From assembly GCF_009914755.1 (NCBI RefSeq), contig NC_060927.1: DNA of 64,000 nt. One strand, given 5' to 3'. The notes under the pieces are model-generated. The model was not told the DNA's origin and made no database searches. It was given only the letters and a program-made list of their open reading frames with translations. Both the position numbers and the translations under genes were made by a program. Numbering within the stretch: position 1 is the stretch's first letter; each line of letters begins with the position of its first letter. This DNA is from the human T2T-CHM13v2.0 reference genome, Homo sapiens. This document shows, in pieces, positions 30,737 through 46,190 of the stretch.

Positions 30737-32140
30737 TCACAAATAATAACGGTAATTCTTTCTTAGATTATCTAAAAATCAATATTATTTTCCATATTCC
30801 TAATTATACCCAGGTACCAAATGGAAATAGATGATTAATCTAATACATGTTTTCTTTTAGCTAAGTTAAGGAATATGTAAAATATGCTTCATATACTTAT
30901 AGGAGAATCATAATATAAATAATATGATTGTACATGTTTTTCTTTAGACAAGTATTCCTTTTAAAAATAAAATTAATATGAAATCATAAATGACTTAGTA
31001 ATGTGTGACCTAGAAATTAAAAGGCCTCAATTTTCCTGCTCCCTTGAGATAATCACAATACATTTTTTTCTACATATGGAATAAAAATACATCAATATTA
31101 TAATGAATTTTAAGTTTAACAGATATTCAAATGTTTAACTCTCTCCTATTACTACTCCCAATTGTGTTTTTCTTCCTTTATTTTATGTTCATAAAAATAG
31201 CTGTGTATGAAGAAATGTGTTACAAGAAACATATTATTATTCAACTCATTTGCAAGAAGAACATAAAGAGGAAGGAAAGTAACATGGGCAAGGAGAGGAA
31301 GCGTAAGTATTACAAGTAATCTGGGCATATTTTAACTTTTTATATTTATTATTTTGGAAAACTATTTAATCGAGAATAATGCTTGTCAAATGACAATAAA
31401 TAATGCCCTTGCACCAGGATATTTTTATAAAATGACTTAGCTTCCCATGCTTTTGAACAAAAATATTGTCATAACAACAAAATTATTAAAATAATCCAGA
31501 TATAGTTTTAGATATTATTTGTACATATCTTGACAATACCAGAAAACATCCTGATAACATCATCTAAGGAATGGCATGGCAAACTTAAATTACATAAAAG
31601 TATATTTTAATATATTATAGTTTATAGATCTTTTGAATAAAATAAAGACTACAATTTTAAAATTAAATTTATTCATTGTAACATAAAAATATATCTAGAC
31701 TTACATGTTGTAACTTATTTTCACTAATACCTGGCAGATAAATTATTAATTCTATCAGATTCAAGCACCAATAAACTATTTCAACAGTTTCAATAAAATA
31801 TTTACTTCACTTGTTTCCAAATACTTATTTTTGCCAACACTTATCATGCTTTTTAAAAGAGGTTTTGGTTTTGGTTCTCAACTTGATTAGAAGAATGAGT
31901 CTGATACTAATAGTGAAATTGAACACCTCCAAAGTGTAGATAAAATTGTGGGCCAATCCTTTAAAATAGTCCCATGGACTATGTTTAGCTAGAAATATTA
32001 AAATGGGCAAAGTTATTTAACACGTCTTAAATTTTTTTGTGTGATGCTACTCTAGGACAGTGAAGGCTGTTAATCATTTTACTTTTCCCTTCGTAAGCTA
32101 AAATTAAAATATCCTTTATATCAAATAATTCAATTACTTA

Positions 32141-32296
<156 letters not shown>

Positions 32297-32499
32297 CTAT
32301 TGCAGATAAGTAGTAAAAAAGTTTATTCTGATTGCTGACATAGCATGTACATATCATGAACTAAGTTAAATAATGGCTCAAACAAGAATATTTAGAATTT
32401 TTCTCCACATAATTTCTAATTCTACATTCATGGTCCATATAACCATATCAATATAGAATTCCACATACACATTTATAATGGGTCCTAACTGAATACTGC

Positions 32500-33444
32500 A
32501 TTTTTGAACCTTTAAAAAATGTTTTGTGATTTGTTTTCTAAATAATAAGAAATCAAAACAAAAATTTTAGAGCTAAATATTCTGTTGTATGGGTATACCA
32601 AAATTATTTCATGGTTAAAAACAGAAGTTGTTTCAATATTTTTTGTCATACATATTATTATACAATAAACCCTAATGCTAATTTATGTTTATTTGTGTTT
32701 TTATTTCTTCAGCACATTTCTTAAATACCACTAGGGTCTGAGTATACTTACCGTTTTAGGGTCTTTGATAACTATTGACAAACTGCTTTCCAGAATTTGT
32801 TTACTGATTAATATTCTCACCAAAATGTGTACTCTAATGCTAATTTATGTTAAATTAAAAGCATTTATTTTTCATTGTTAATCATTTCATTTCCTACTTA
32901 TGAGGTTTCATCTTTTTCTACATTATTATTCAACATTTATGTTCCACTGTACTTTAAACTGCATTTTGCTCCTGGAATTTTTAATGAGTGTAATTATGTT
33001 GATATTTTAGTTTCTTCTGTTAAATATCTTCTTATGAGAGGTCTTGATATTTTTTCTTGATTACATGAGTTGGAATTGCTTTCCCTATGTCACATCTTTA
33101 TCAGATGTTTACCCATTTTTTTGTCCTCTAATTGTTTATAGTGTTTTTTGATGTGAAAACATATTTTATTTTTATGTTAGAAAATGTGTAGATTTTTACC
33201 TATGTCACTTAACGCCTTTTTATCTGTGGCTTGAAAGGCCTTTGCTAGCCAGATACAAAATAAATATGCAGCTAAATTTATTTTAGGCTTATGTTTAGTT
33301 TTCACATGGAACTCATTCTAAATTTTATTTTAGCATATGATTAAAAACACACTTTTTTATATAAATTTTTAAATAACCTACCTCTTCATTATTAATTTGT
33401 GAACCTTTCTTCACACACACACATCTTCTATGCTTTTGTGCCAT

Positions 33445-33489
<45 letters not shown>

Positions 33490-33507
33490 TTCTATGCTTT
33501 TGTGCCA

Positions 33508-33538
<31 letters not shown>

Positions 33539-34350
33539 AAATCTTCCATGCTTTTGTGCCGTCTCGTTTCAATAAACAACCAGGCAATGCTATCTCCAGT
33601 TCCACACTGTTTTAATTGTATGAATTTTTATTCTTTACCCATTGCTGAATTTTAACAATTGCAAGGTGTTTATTTTTTCAGACAAACTTAAAAGTTATTT
33701 TATGAAGTCTCAAAAGATATTTCACTAAGATTTATATGAAAATACTTTAAAAGCAGCGACTGAGCTAAAGTGAATTAACATTTAAAATATCGTTTACTCT
33801 TATTTATAATTTTAAAATACTTAATATGAACATTTTTAATAGTTTTTCTCCTTACAGATACTCCACTTAGTCCTATAATTTTTGATGATTTATTATTTGA
33901 TTTTTTCATTTGAGTTTGCTAATGAGATTTGTTGCCATTTCTGCTTCTAAATAATGAGCAATAATACACAAGAAAATATCTTTGGAAATATAATTTTACA
34001 TCTAGTTATTTTGTTGATATTTTAAATTTCTAATACTATTCTTAATGGATTCCTTTGGAATTCTTAAGTTAAAAAATGCTATCTCTAAAAGTTGAATGAA
34101 ATTATTGCTTTGGTATGTCTTATTGCATTGGCCAGAAAATTAAGACCACAACTTAAAAATAATGGAAACAGTAGGCATCCAATTTTGTTTATTTTAATGA
34201 CACTATCAGCATAGTTTGATAATAAATGACTTATGTATTTTGTAAGAATTTAAATTTATTTTTAAAATCATCATTGTATTAATCACAAAGTTAGCAGGAA
34301 TGAGCAGTTTCATTTATTGGGCACCTAGCTATGAGTTGTGTAGGAAAAAA
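32500..34350 (-). mobile_element. Highly decayed L1 (L1ME-like) fragments
   Basis: T-rich antisense L1 ORF2-like phrases, e.g. cttattgcattggccag and aaactgctttccag; boundaries uncertain. Confidence 0.55.
33411..33565. repeat. Compound tandem repeat: 3 x [(CA)n + atcttctatgcttttgtgccatc]
   Basis: Directly visible. Confidence 0.92.
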
Positions 34351-34472
34351 TATTTTTATAAAATCAAAATATTATCAAATCTGTTAATAACCTTTAATAT
34401 TACATTAAATATCAATCACAGGATTATTCAAAATCTCATCTCACAAGATGAGTTAAGCTTTGGGGTAGTTTA

Positions 34473-34691
<219 letters not shown>

Positions 34692-35489
34692 CTAAAAACA
34701 CAATGCATGTTCATTGCCAGAAATTATAAGCCTTGTAATATTTTACTCTTTAAAATTATACTGACGTTTAGTCACACATTGTATGATTTACAAGTTTCAT
34801 TAATACAAAAATGAAATAACAGTTATAACACAAAATATATTTTATGCAATTTGGGATCCCATGTACTAAAATTTTATACAAAATATTTACATTTACACTC
34901 TAGAGAAAGAATGGTAGAGCAGAAGGATCAAATGTCATACATTTTTTAACTCAAAAAATAGCATTAAATTGTGTTGTCTGCAAAAGCAAGTATATTACTA
35001 ATAAATTTTGATTCCATGTTTGTTCTTACTGTTCATATTGATTGTTGATTATTGTGTATAAAAATGGCATTATAACATGCCTCTAAAGGGCAAGTGCTAG
35101 AATTCTGTTACTTATAATGAAACTCTCAATCCTTCTTTTTTTAACATGTTCTTATACTGGTTAATTACATCCTGACCTGGATTTGAAATAGGAACCCTGG
35201 CCAAGAATCAGAGTTGATTGGTTTAACATAGAAGTGAGAGATAAAACCTAAGAAAAAGAATTATAAACTCTGGCATTGATGGCTGGTTGCCATACCACAA
35301 TCCATTCTCCCTATCTTCCTTGTTTATTAAATTATTATATTTTGGAGAGAAATATTATATTTATCTACATTTCCAATTTCCTTTTAAAGAAGTTGTGTGA
35401 GTCCTCATAAAAGCTCTTTAAAAGAAAGGGGCCTAAGCTGACTAAATTGAGATACTCTGTTTGACTCATCTTCTTAAGGGTGTACTGTC

Positions 35490-36111
35490 TGGCTTCTATC
35501 TAAAGTGAACAATTTCATCTGTGTACCCTATCCCAGGCCTCCTTACCTATAAAAATATTTCTCCCTCAATTCTCCACCCTCTCTCTTGCATCAATAATAT
35601 TTCATTCATTATGTTATTTTTAACAGCATAAACTGATTTTATTTTTCTCATTTTTTTAGAGTAAATGTCACTTCAGTAACTTCTCTGACTACTGTTCTAT
35701 TTTTTCTGCTTTCTTTACAGCAAAACATACTCACTATCTCTAATTTGTCCCTTGATTTTCTCTTGAACTCACTCTAACTAGGCTTTTATCCCTAGTACTA
35801 CATCTAATGTTTGCATGTTAAAGTTACCAAAGACTTCCATGTTGCCAAATCCACATGTCAGTTTCCAGTCCTTATCTTACTGACAAACAATTTGCATAGT
35901 TGATCATTTCTTCCATTCTAAATGCTTTGTTCAATTGGCTTCCAGGACCCAGCATGTTATTTCCAACCCAATACTTGAGCTGTTCTTTCTAAGCCTCCTT
36001 TGTCATTTCCTCCTTGGCTAAAGTTTGTAATCGCCCAGGGTTTAGTCTTTGAACACTTCTCATCTATTCAAGCTTATTTCGTTGATGATATCATGCTACC
36101 ACATGGCCTTA
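35490..36111 (+). mobile_element. L2 ORF2 fragment
   Basis: aagttaccaaagacttccatgttgccaaatcca...tccttatcttactgac...gttgatca motifs. Confidence 0.72.
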
Positions 36112-39100
36112 AACACAGAAATGAAAGTCTCAGCAATAGAATCATACAGGCAGAGGAAAGAACTTCAGAGCTTCAAGATGAGGTTTTTGAATTAACTCAA
36201 TCCAATAAAGACAAAGAAAAAAGAAGAAGACAATATGAACACAGCCTGCAAGAAGTCTGGGATTATGTTAAATGACCAAACCTAAGAATAGCTGGTGTTC
36301 CTGAGGAAGAAGGGAAATCTAAAAATTTGGAAAACATATTTGAAGGAATAATCAAAGAAAACTTCCCTGGCCTTGCTAGAGATCTAGACATCCAAATACA
36401 AGAGAGCTCAAAGAACACTTGGGATATTCATCGCAAAAAGGTCATTGCCTAGACACATTGCTGTCAGGTTATCTAAAGTTAAGATGAAGGAAAAAATCTT
36501 AAGAGCTGTGAGGCAAAAGCACTAGCTAACCTATAAAAGAAAACAGCAGATTTCTCAGCAGAAACCCTACAAGCTAGAAGGGATTGGGGCGCTGTCTTCA
36601 GCCTCCTTAAACAAAACAATTATCAGCCAAGACTTTTGTATCCAGAAAAACTAAGGTTCATAAATGAAGGAAAGATATAACCTTTTTCAGACAAACAAAT
36701 GCTGAGAGAATTGTCCACTACCAGAATCAGTACTACAGAAACTGCTAAAAGGAGCTCTAAATCTTGAAACAAATCCTAGAAATACATCAAAACAGAACCT
36801 CTTTAAAGCATAAATCTCACAGGACCTATAAAACATAATAAAAAAACAAGGTATACAGGAAACAAATAGCACAATGAATGGAATGGTACCTCACATCTCA
36901 ATACTGACATTGAAAGTAAATGGCCTAAATGCTCCACTTTAAGGACACAGAATTACAGAATGGATAACTATTCACCAACCAACTATCTGCTGCCTCCAAG
37001 AGACTCACCTAACACATAAGGACTCACACAAACTCAAGATAAAGGGGTAGAAAAAAACATTCCATGCAAATGAACACTGAAAGCCAGAAGTAGCTATTTT
37101 TATATCAGACAAAACAAACTTTAAAGCAACAGCAGTTAAAAAAGGCAAAGATGGACATTATAAAATGATAAAAGGCCTTGTCCAACAGGAAAATATCACA
37201 ATCCTAAATATATATGCACCTAACACTGGAGGTCCCAAATTTATAAAACAATTACTAATAGACCTAAGAATTGAGAGAGTCAGCAACACAGTAATAGTGG
37301 AGGACTTCAATACTCCACTGATAGTACTAGACAGATCATCAAGACGGAAAGTCAACAAAGTAACAATGGATTTAAACCATACCCCAGAAAAAATGGACTT
37401 AACAGATATTTACAGAACATTCTACCCAACAACCACAGAAGATACATTCTATTCATCAGCACATGGAACTTTCTCCAAGATAGACTGTATGATAGGGCAC
37501 AATAAATTTAAGAAATTTGAAATTATATCAAGCACTCTCTGAGACCACAGTAAAATAAAACTGGAAATCAACTCCAAAAGGAACCTTCAAAACCATGCAA
37601 ATACATGCAAATTAAATAATATGCTCCTGAATGATCATTGGGTCAAAAATAAAATCAAGTTGAAAATTTAAAAAGTCTTCTAACTGAATGACAATAGTGA
37701 CACAGCCTATCAAAACCTCAGGGATACAACATATGCAGTACTAAGAAGAAAGTTCATAGCCCTAAATGCCTACACCAAAAAGTCTGAAAGAGCACACATA
37801 GACAATCTAAGGTCACACTTCAAGGAACTAGAGAAACAAGAACAAATCAAACCAAAACTCAGAAGAAGAAAGGAAATAACCAAGATTGGAGCATAACTAA
37901 ATGAAATTGAAACAAAAAAATACAAAAGACAACTGAAACAAAAATCTAGTTCTTTGAAAAGATAAATAAAATTCATAGATCATTAGCAAGATTGATCAAG
38001 AAAAGGAGAAAGTCCAAATAAGCTCAATTAGAAATGAAATGCGAGATACTACAACTGACACCACAGAAATACAAAAGATCATTCAAGGCTACTATGAACA
38101 CCGTTACACACATAAATTAGATGACCTAGAAGAGATGGATAAATTCCTGGAATGACACAACCTTAAATCGGGAAGAATTAGATAACCTCAGCAGATCAAT
38201 AACAAGAAGTGAGATTAAAATGGTAATAAAAATTACCAAGAAAAAAATGTCCAGGGCCACATGGATTCATAGCAGAATTTTACCAGAAATTCAAAGAATA
38301 ATTGGTACCAATCTATTGACGTTATTCCACAAGAAAGAGAAAGAGGGAATCCCCCCTAAATTGTTCTATGAAGCCAGTATCACCCTAATACCAAAACCAG
38401 GAAAGGACATAACCAAAAAAGAAAACTACAGACCAATATCCCTGGGAACATAGATGCAAGAATCCTTAACAAAATCCTGGCTAACCAAATTCCAAATTCA
38501 ACAACATATCAAAAAGATAGCCCAACATGACCAAGTGGGTTTCATACTAGGGATACGGGGATGGTTTCACATATGCAAGTCAATAATTGTGATACACCAC
38601 ATAAACAGAATTAAAAACAAAAATCACGGGATCATCTCAATAGACACAGAAAAACATTTTAAACATCCAGCATTCAGCAAAATCGGCAAACAAGGGACAT
38701 ACTTCAACATAATAAAAACCGTCTATGACAAACCCACAGCCAACGTAATACTGAATGGGGAAAAGTTGAAAGCATTCTCTCTGAGAACTGGAACAAGACA
38801 AAGATGGCCATTCTCACTTATTTTCAACATAGTACTGGAAGTCCTAGCCAGAGCAATCAGACAAGAGAAAGAAAAAAATGGCATCCAAATCAGTAAAGGG
38901 GAAGTCAAACTGTCGCTCTTTGCTGATGATATGATTGTTTACTTAGAAAACCCTAAAGACTCCTCCAAAAAGCTCCTAGAACTGATAAAATAGTTCAGCA
39001 AAGTTTTTGGATACAAAATTAACGTACAGAAGTCAGTAGCTCTTTTATAAACCAAAAACAACCAAGGTGAGAATCAAATCAAAAACTCAACCTCTTTTAC

Positions 39101-40490
39101 AATAGCTGCAGAAAATAAAATAAACTAAAATACTTAGGTGTATACCTAACCAAGGAGGTGAAAGACCTCTACAAGGAAAACTACAAACACTACTGAAAGA
39201 AATTATAGATGACACAGACGGAAACACATCCCATGCTCATGGATGGATAGAAAGAATATTGTGAAAATGACCATACTGCCAAAACAATATACAGATTCAA
39301 TGCAATTCTCATCAAAACACCATCATTATTCTTCACCGAACTGGAAAAAACAATCCTAAAATTCATATGGAACCAAAAAAGACCATGCATAGCAAAAGTG
39401 AGAATAAGCAAAAAGAACAAATCTGGAGGCATCATATTACTTAATTTCAAACTATACTATAAAGCCATAGTCACCAAAATAGCATGGTACTGTATAAAAA
39501 TAATCACATAGACCAATGGAACAGAATAGAGAACCCAGAATTAAACCCTGATACTTAGAGCCACCTGATCTTCGATAAAGCAGACAAAAACATAAAGTGA
39601 GGAAAGGACATCCTATTCAACAAATGGTGCTACGATTATTGGCAAGCCACATGCAGGAGAATAAAACTAGATTCTCATCTCTCACCTTACACAAAAGTCA
39701 ACTCAAGGTGGATTAAGGACTTAAATCTAAGACCAGAAACTACAAAAATTCTAGAAGATAGCATTCTAGAAATTGTCTCAGGCAAGGATTTGATGACCAA
39801 AAACAAAAGCAAATCCAATAAAAACAAAGACAAACATCTGGGACTTAATTAAACTAAGATCTTTTGCAGTGCAAAAGGAACAGTCAGCAGAGTAAACAGA
39901 CAACCCACAGAGTGGGAGAAAATCTTCACCATCTATACATCTGACAAAGAACGAATATCCAGAATCTACAACAAACTCAAATAATTTAGCAGGAAAAAAC
40001 AAACAAACAATCCCTTCAAAAAGTGGACTAAAGGCATGAATAGACAAATCTCAAAAGAAAAGATGAACAAATGGCCAACAAACATATGAAAAAATGATCA
40101 GCATCACTAATGATCAGGTAAATGCAAATTAAAACAACAATGTAATACCACCTTACTCCTTCAAGAATGGCCATAATCAAAAAATAAAAAAAAAATAGAT
40201 GTTGGCATGGATTCAGTGAAAAGGGGACACTTCTACACTGATAGTGGGAATGTAAACTAGTACAACCACTATGGACAACAGTGTGGAGATTCCTTAAAGA
40301 ATTAAAAGAAGAACTACTATTTGATCCAGCAATCCTGCTACTGGGTATCTACCCAGAGAAAAAGAAGTAATTATACAAAAAAGATACTTGCACGTGCATG
40401 TTTATAGCAGCACAATTGCAATTGCAAAAATGTGGAACCAAACCAAATGTTCACCAATCAATGAGTGGATAAAAAAACTGTGGTGTATAT
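36112..40490 (+). mobile_element. L1PB-like element (~4.4 kb): partial ORF1 and disrupted ORF2, antisense to SI
   Basis: ORF fragments LQEVWDYVK (ORF1), NITILNIYAPN (EN) and LFADDMIVY (RT); many stops and frameshifts; ends in (TA)n. Confidence 0.95.
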
Positions 40491-41584
40491 ATATACATAT
40501 ATATGTATATATATACATATATATGTATATATATGTAACATTAGCCTTATATATATATATAACATTAAAATTATTTAATAGGAAAGATAAAATTTCACAT
40601 TTTCATGTTTAGAAGATATTTATTCTTTAGCAAAATGAATTGTTCCCACCTGTCCTTTATATTCGTTTTGATAAAGTTAGCATACTTTGAATGCAAAGGG
40701 GAATGGATGTGTATTTGGCTGAAAAGAGGCAACTTAAGAGAAGGTTTAGAGAAGTGAACTTCACTATTTGACTTTTATTGATTTTAGAATCTTTTCTTCT
40801 CCTTACTTTTTCTGTTCTTATATTCTTCCCTATTCTTCACTAGTGATACAGATTATGCTGCTTTAACAATTAATGGAGAGAAATTGGGATAATTTCTCTG
40901 GAGGCAGAGATTCTATGCATCTCTTTATACAAATGTAAATGTCTCTGGGAAATTGCTGACAAATATGTCTTGACTCGCCTCAGTGATATAACAGATGCAT
41001 TTAGTTATTTGGTTATATTAAATAAATATATTTGTTGACAAAACTCAATGATGTAACGAAAAGCCCAGAATTTGAAAAACAGGCATAGCAAGAGGAATGT
41101 TTTACAATGTCCTTCCTGTGACATTGGTAAAAACACCTGCCATCCTCAGCCATCATCATTTTGTTAAAATGAAAGCCAAAATAACTGGCAAGAGATTATC
41201 ATCCTTAGTGGAAGAGAAGTAGCCCGTTACTCAACATCATATGTCTTAATAACTTGAGACAACTCTTTCAAAATAGTGTCCACTACTGGCATATCTTACC
41301 CAAACAAGCAAATCAGCTACAGTCAACACCAAGTAGAGTGTAACTCTCAGACAGAGTATTATTTTTTTAAGTAAAGTTACATTATCCAAAGTTCCTGGAA
41401 AGCAATTTACACATCAATTCAGCCTGGCGTTTACTAAGATATGTCTTTGGATAATTAATTAAGATAAAAGTGAATTGCCTGTCAGAGATGCTAACTTCAA
41501 ATTCCAAATGATTATCTACTTGAATTTAGTTTATATGCTGCAGATTTAAAATTATAATATGTAAAATTTGCACCAAAATGCTTA

Positions 41585-41860
<276 letters not shown>

Positions 41861-43422
41861 TCATTGGATGATTTAAAAAAACATTTTACATTTCACAAAA
41901 TGTGGCAACGAGGGCAATTCTTCAAATTAAATCATTAATAGTTTTGATAAAATACTAGAAAAACAGAAAATATATATGCAATATATATGTGTGTATTTAT
42001 GTATATATATACATATATGTACATATGTCACACACATAGAATTATGTCTATAATTGGGATTTCAAAATTATGTTTGATTATTGCTTATATGCCTTGGGAA
42101 TAATGTGAGCAAGATTTATCCCACACCTAGATTTTCATCTGCATAGCTTACTTTTTGATACCCACCAAACATAATTGCAAAACTTTAAGGAATGAAAATT
42201 CATATAAAGATCAATCTATGCACAGCAGAATTATGAAGGTATACACAGCAGAATTATGAAGATTATATATATATAATATATATATATTTATAAGCATAAA
42301 AGTGGACATACAAATAGCCACAGATAGACCTTTATATTGCATACATAACCAATAAAATTATTTTTTATTATTCCCTCTTTTAATCTCTATTAGAGTCATA
42401 AAGTTCACAATAAGCTTGTATTACTTAATTTATATCAATTTATTCTTATAGTGCTAGGAAATATAAATCATAATATGCCTATTAAATAAAAAATAATTGA
42501 CCAGTACATATTTTCTGAAAACTAATAATTGAAAAGCCCTGGGCCAGAGGTCTTATGAGTTAAAACAAAAATATTATAAGACAATGTTCTATATCTTAAA
42601 TAATTTAGAAATTATTTATGGTAATATTACTAATAATTTAGTATTATATAAATGGAGAAAAGATAAATGACAAAAATAATTGCTTTCGTGTTTTTAAATA
42701 TTACAGTCTCTTTTTTAATACATCAATCTACTACCCAAAGCAACATTATGATTGAAATATTACATTTTGCAAATGAGAAAGCTAAAATAATGAGAGATTG
42801 ATTTAATGCGTTTAGAAGCAGAGATAGCAGAGTTATAATCTGTGCATCCAATAACAGTGCATCCAATTTTGTTATTTTTTCCCCTCTATACTACAACTGT
42901 AAAAAGAGACAAAAATCACAATATAAGGAAGGCTTTCTACAGGAGAAGAAAAGTGTAAACACAAAATTAAAGTTAGAAAAGTACAAGATATATTTTGAGG
43001 ACAATGAGACCTCACTAAAAAAGAAACAGGAGAAAGACTAAAGAAATGAACAAAACCAATTTGTTAAAGAGTCTAAAGCAGCTAAAACATTTGGGATTTT
43101 CTTTTGCATGCAATAGGTAGGTTAGAGTTCAGATTTGAAGAATTTTTATGGAAAATATTAGAAAGTCCCATATAATTAGAATGCATGAGAAAATGAAATA
43201 TATAGAGAGAAATAGCAAGGAATTCCCTTCATGTTGATATCTAAATACAAATTGGATTGACATAAATTGGAATATTGTTCAGAAAAAGTGAAGAAAAAAA
43301 TGAAGGGAAGAAGGAAGCAACGAAGGGAAGAAAGGAATACACACTGTGAGGAGAAATAGGATAAGTGCCTGAATGGTTATATAATATTAAATATGAGATT
43401 ATATGATAGCTAAAATATTTTA

Positions 43423-43695
<273 letters not shown>

Positions 43696-44310
43696 TCATC
43701 ATCTACATCTCTATTCCCACCAGCTCTCCTCATCCAAGTAGCACATAGAAATATACTCATTAATATCTATTTTCATTTTTATATATATGCCAGAAAATTT
43801 TATTTTCAGAGATAACCTTAATTACTCATATGCAACACATATATACTCATTCTAGTCCTAACATTGATGAAGAATAATTTAGCTTTGCTAAAGAAGAATG
43901 TATGAAAAAACCCAAAATCTATGAAAAAATCATTTCTATTAACTATTCAAAATTTAATAAACCAAAATCCACACCAATTATTACTGTGACTAATTCATTA
44001 AAACATTTTCAGATATGTTGAAATTGTTTTCCTAGGGCATGTTGCCTAAAACCAATCATAACATGTCAAGAAGTCTAAAGGTTTCTTTCCATCAATTACA
44101 TGGTCACAAACTTTATAAAATTTTAAGGTAACAATTTATTTATAATTTAACAATTTAAATATAACAATTTAATTGAACAATTTATTTCATTACATTCCAT
44201 TAAAATCTGTAGGCAAATGTAAACATCTTTTCCAAAAAATTTATCATAAAAGAATAACCTAGGCATGAACAAATTATGCATTTAAGTATATGTACAAAGA
44301 GAGTGCTTAC

Positions 44311-44360
44311 ATTAGAAACTGAAAATGTATATAATATGTAGTTGCCATTTTGTATTGTAT
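44311..44360 (-). CDS. SI: SI exon 23 (50 nt) (D)TIQNGNYILYTFSVSN
   Basis: ttcag|AT acceptor, AAT|gtaagc donor; visible in ORF 44200..44436. Confidence 0.94.
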
Positions 44361-45590
44361 CTGAAATGAAAAATATCGTGATCAGTACAAAATGCAATGT
44401 TAAATTCTCTGCTCTGGTTTTACACTTATACAACACTTAAGAAATTTGAACAAACTAGATGCTGTTTATTAATGAAGCATCCCAAACAGATTTTGTTTTT
44501 AAATTTTTTAATTGTCTCTAAATTATATAATAATGGTATTTCATTTTCACAGCAAGTAGAGGTAATGAATACATATTTGCCTTGCTTATTTTTTCAAAGA
44601 CTACCAAGGTATTTCTGGAAATTAAGAGAAAGCAAAACTTACAGTAAATAATATATAATTAAAAATGTATTATTTTGAAAGATATTCTCTCCCTTGTAAA
44701 CCTCATAACAGTACATTTTTCTTAGGAAGACATGGCATATTATAATACATTTTGCATCTTTTTATTTTTTTCTATTATTTTTTATTCAAGGAAAACAATA
44801 AATCTGGAGACATGTTGAAGATTGAAATAAACTTTAGTCTGAAATTTAAATAAACTTTAATGAGGAAAATGGATGAATACAATGATTCTGTACCATATAT
44901 GTAATATAACTTTTATTCAATGTATCTCTTTAAAGAAAAACTGAAGATAAGGACTGAAATAGTTTGTCATAAACAGTGTTAAAATATAAAGGGAATCCTA
45001 GGATTCATATAATATACTTTCCATAACATTAATTTGCTTAAAATTTTAGTCCTAGGAAATAATATTATATTCAGAACCTGAACTGAAGATCACTTTACTG
45101 TCTCCATGTTTGCTTACAAATCCATTAATCAGAATTCTGGTTTTCTTTCACTTTTTAAATGCACATAGCTACATAGGTATCATATTAGATAACTGATTGA
45201 ATTATATTATTCATATTCTTAACTACTTACTTATATGAAAGTAAGCTATTCATATGCATCTTTATCAGTAGACAGTATGTATTTGGAGTATTTATATAAT
45301 TTGAGTAATAGGAATAATCTTATAATTGCTCCACACATGCTATCAATGGAGGTATTATCTCAACATTGTTTGATTGATGACTACAAGCAATGTTAAGTTC
45401 AGCTGAAATCCACTTTTACAAAACTTCTATGTACTAAGTTTTGGCTTACTACATAAGCCAGAGAATAGGTTTGGAATCTAATCTCACAGGAGAGCTCACC
45501 CTAGTGTGCTTACACCCCAGGGTATTTAAGAAAGAGCAAGAAGATTGGTGTGCTAAAATTGAATGAGAAATAGAAAGCAATACAGGATAA

Positions 45591-45649
45591 TGTGTTTGTG
45601 TGTGTGTGGGTGCGTGTATGTGTGTGCGCGCATGCACGTGTGCACATGT
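45591..45649. repeat. Imperfect (TG)n/(CG/CA) alternating purine-pyrimidine tract
   Basis: Directly visible. Confidence 0.8.
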
Positions 45650-45699
45650 TAAAGCACAAATAATAAGCTCTCTAGGTCTCGATAAAACTCCGTCTCCTA

Positions 45700-46190
45700 A
45701 CTGAGTAAAATGGAGGATCATTAGAAGGTTTTGAGAAGAGATGCAATTACTGGAATCACCTTTTAAAATGATTACTCTACCTGCTGGATTGTAATAAAAT
45801 TTTAAAAGGGGTTAAAAAGAGCTACAGGCCAGTTAGGAAGTTATTGCCCTAAATTAACATGAAAGATGGTGGTGACAGTGGGGGAACTGATGAGAGGCTT
45901 CAGATCAAAGTAGAACCAATGAAATCCTTAGGTTGTGAGAGATAATAGCCCATTCCAAGGTGTTGGCATCTGTAGCAATGAAGTTACCATCAACTGACAA
46001 AGGGAACACGATAGATGGAGCAGATACATGGTGGTAAGATCCAAGTTCTATCTTGGCAGATTATGTTTTAGATTTTTATTAGACAAACAAATAGAGAAGT
46101 ACATAGAAGACTGGTTTGGAGATATAAATTTGAAAGTCAGGTAAATGGTATAAAAGACTACATTTATCAAGGAAAGGACTACTGGTAAAG
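45700..46190 (-). mobile_element. L2 fragment
   Basis: ttagaaggttttgag...ggccagttaggaag...ggagatataaatttg motifs. Confidence 0.65.

Noticed and set aside
33411-33565. Direct repeats with spacers, superficially CRISPR-like
   Set aside because: Eukaryotic intron; spacers are (CA)n; no cas genes
37165-38993. Endonuclease and reverse transcriptase ORFs as a novel RT system
   Set aside because: Fragments of an ordinary inactive L1 ORF2 with many stops and frameshifts
42221-42261. 18-bp direct repeat cacagcagaattatgaag
   Set aside because: Two-copy local duplication next to (TA)n; no sign of function
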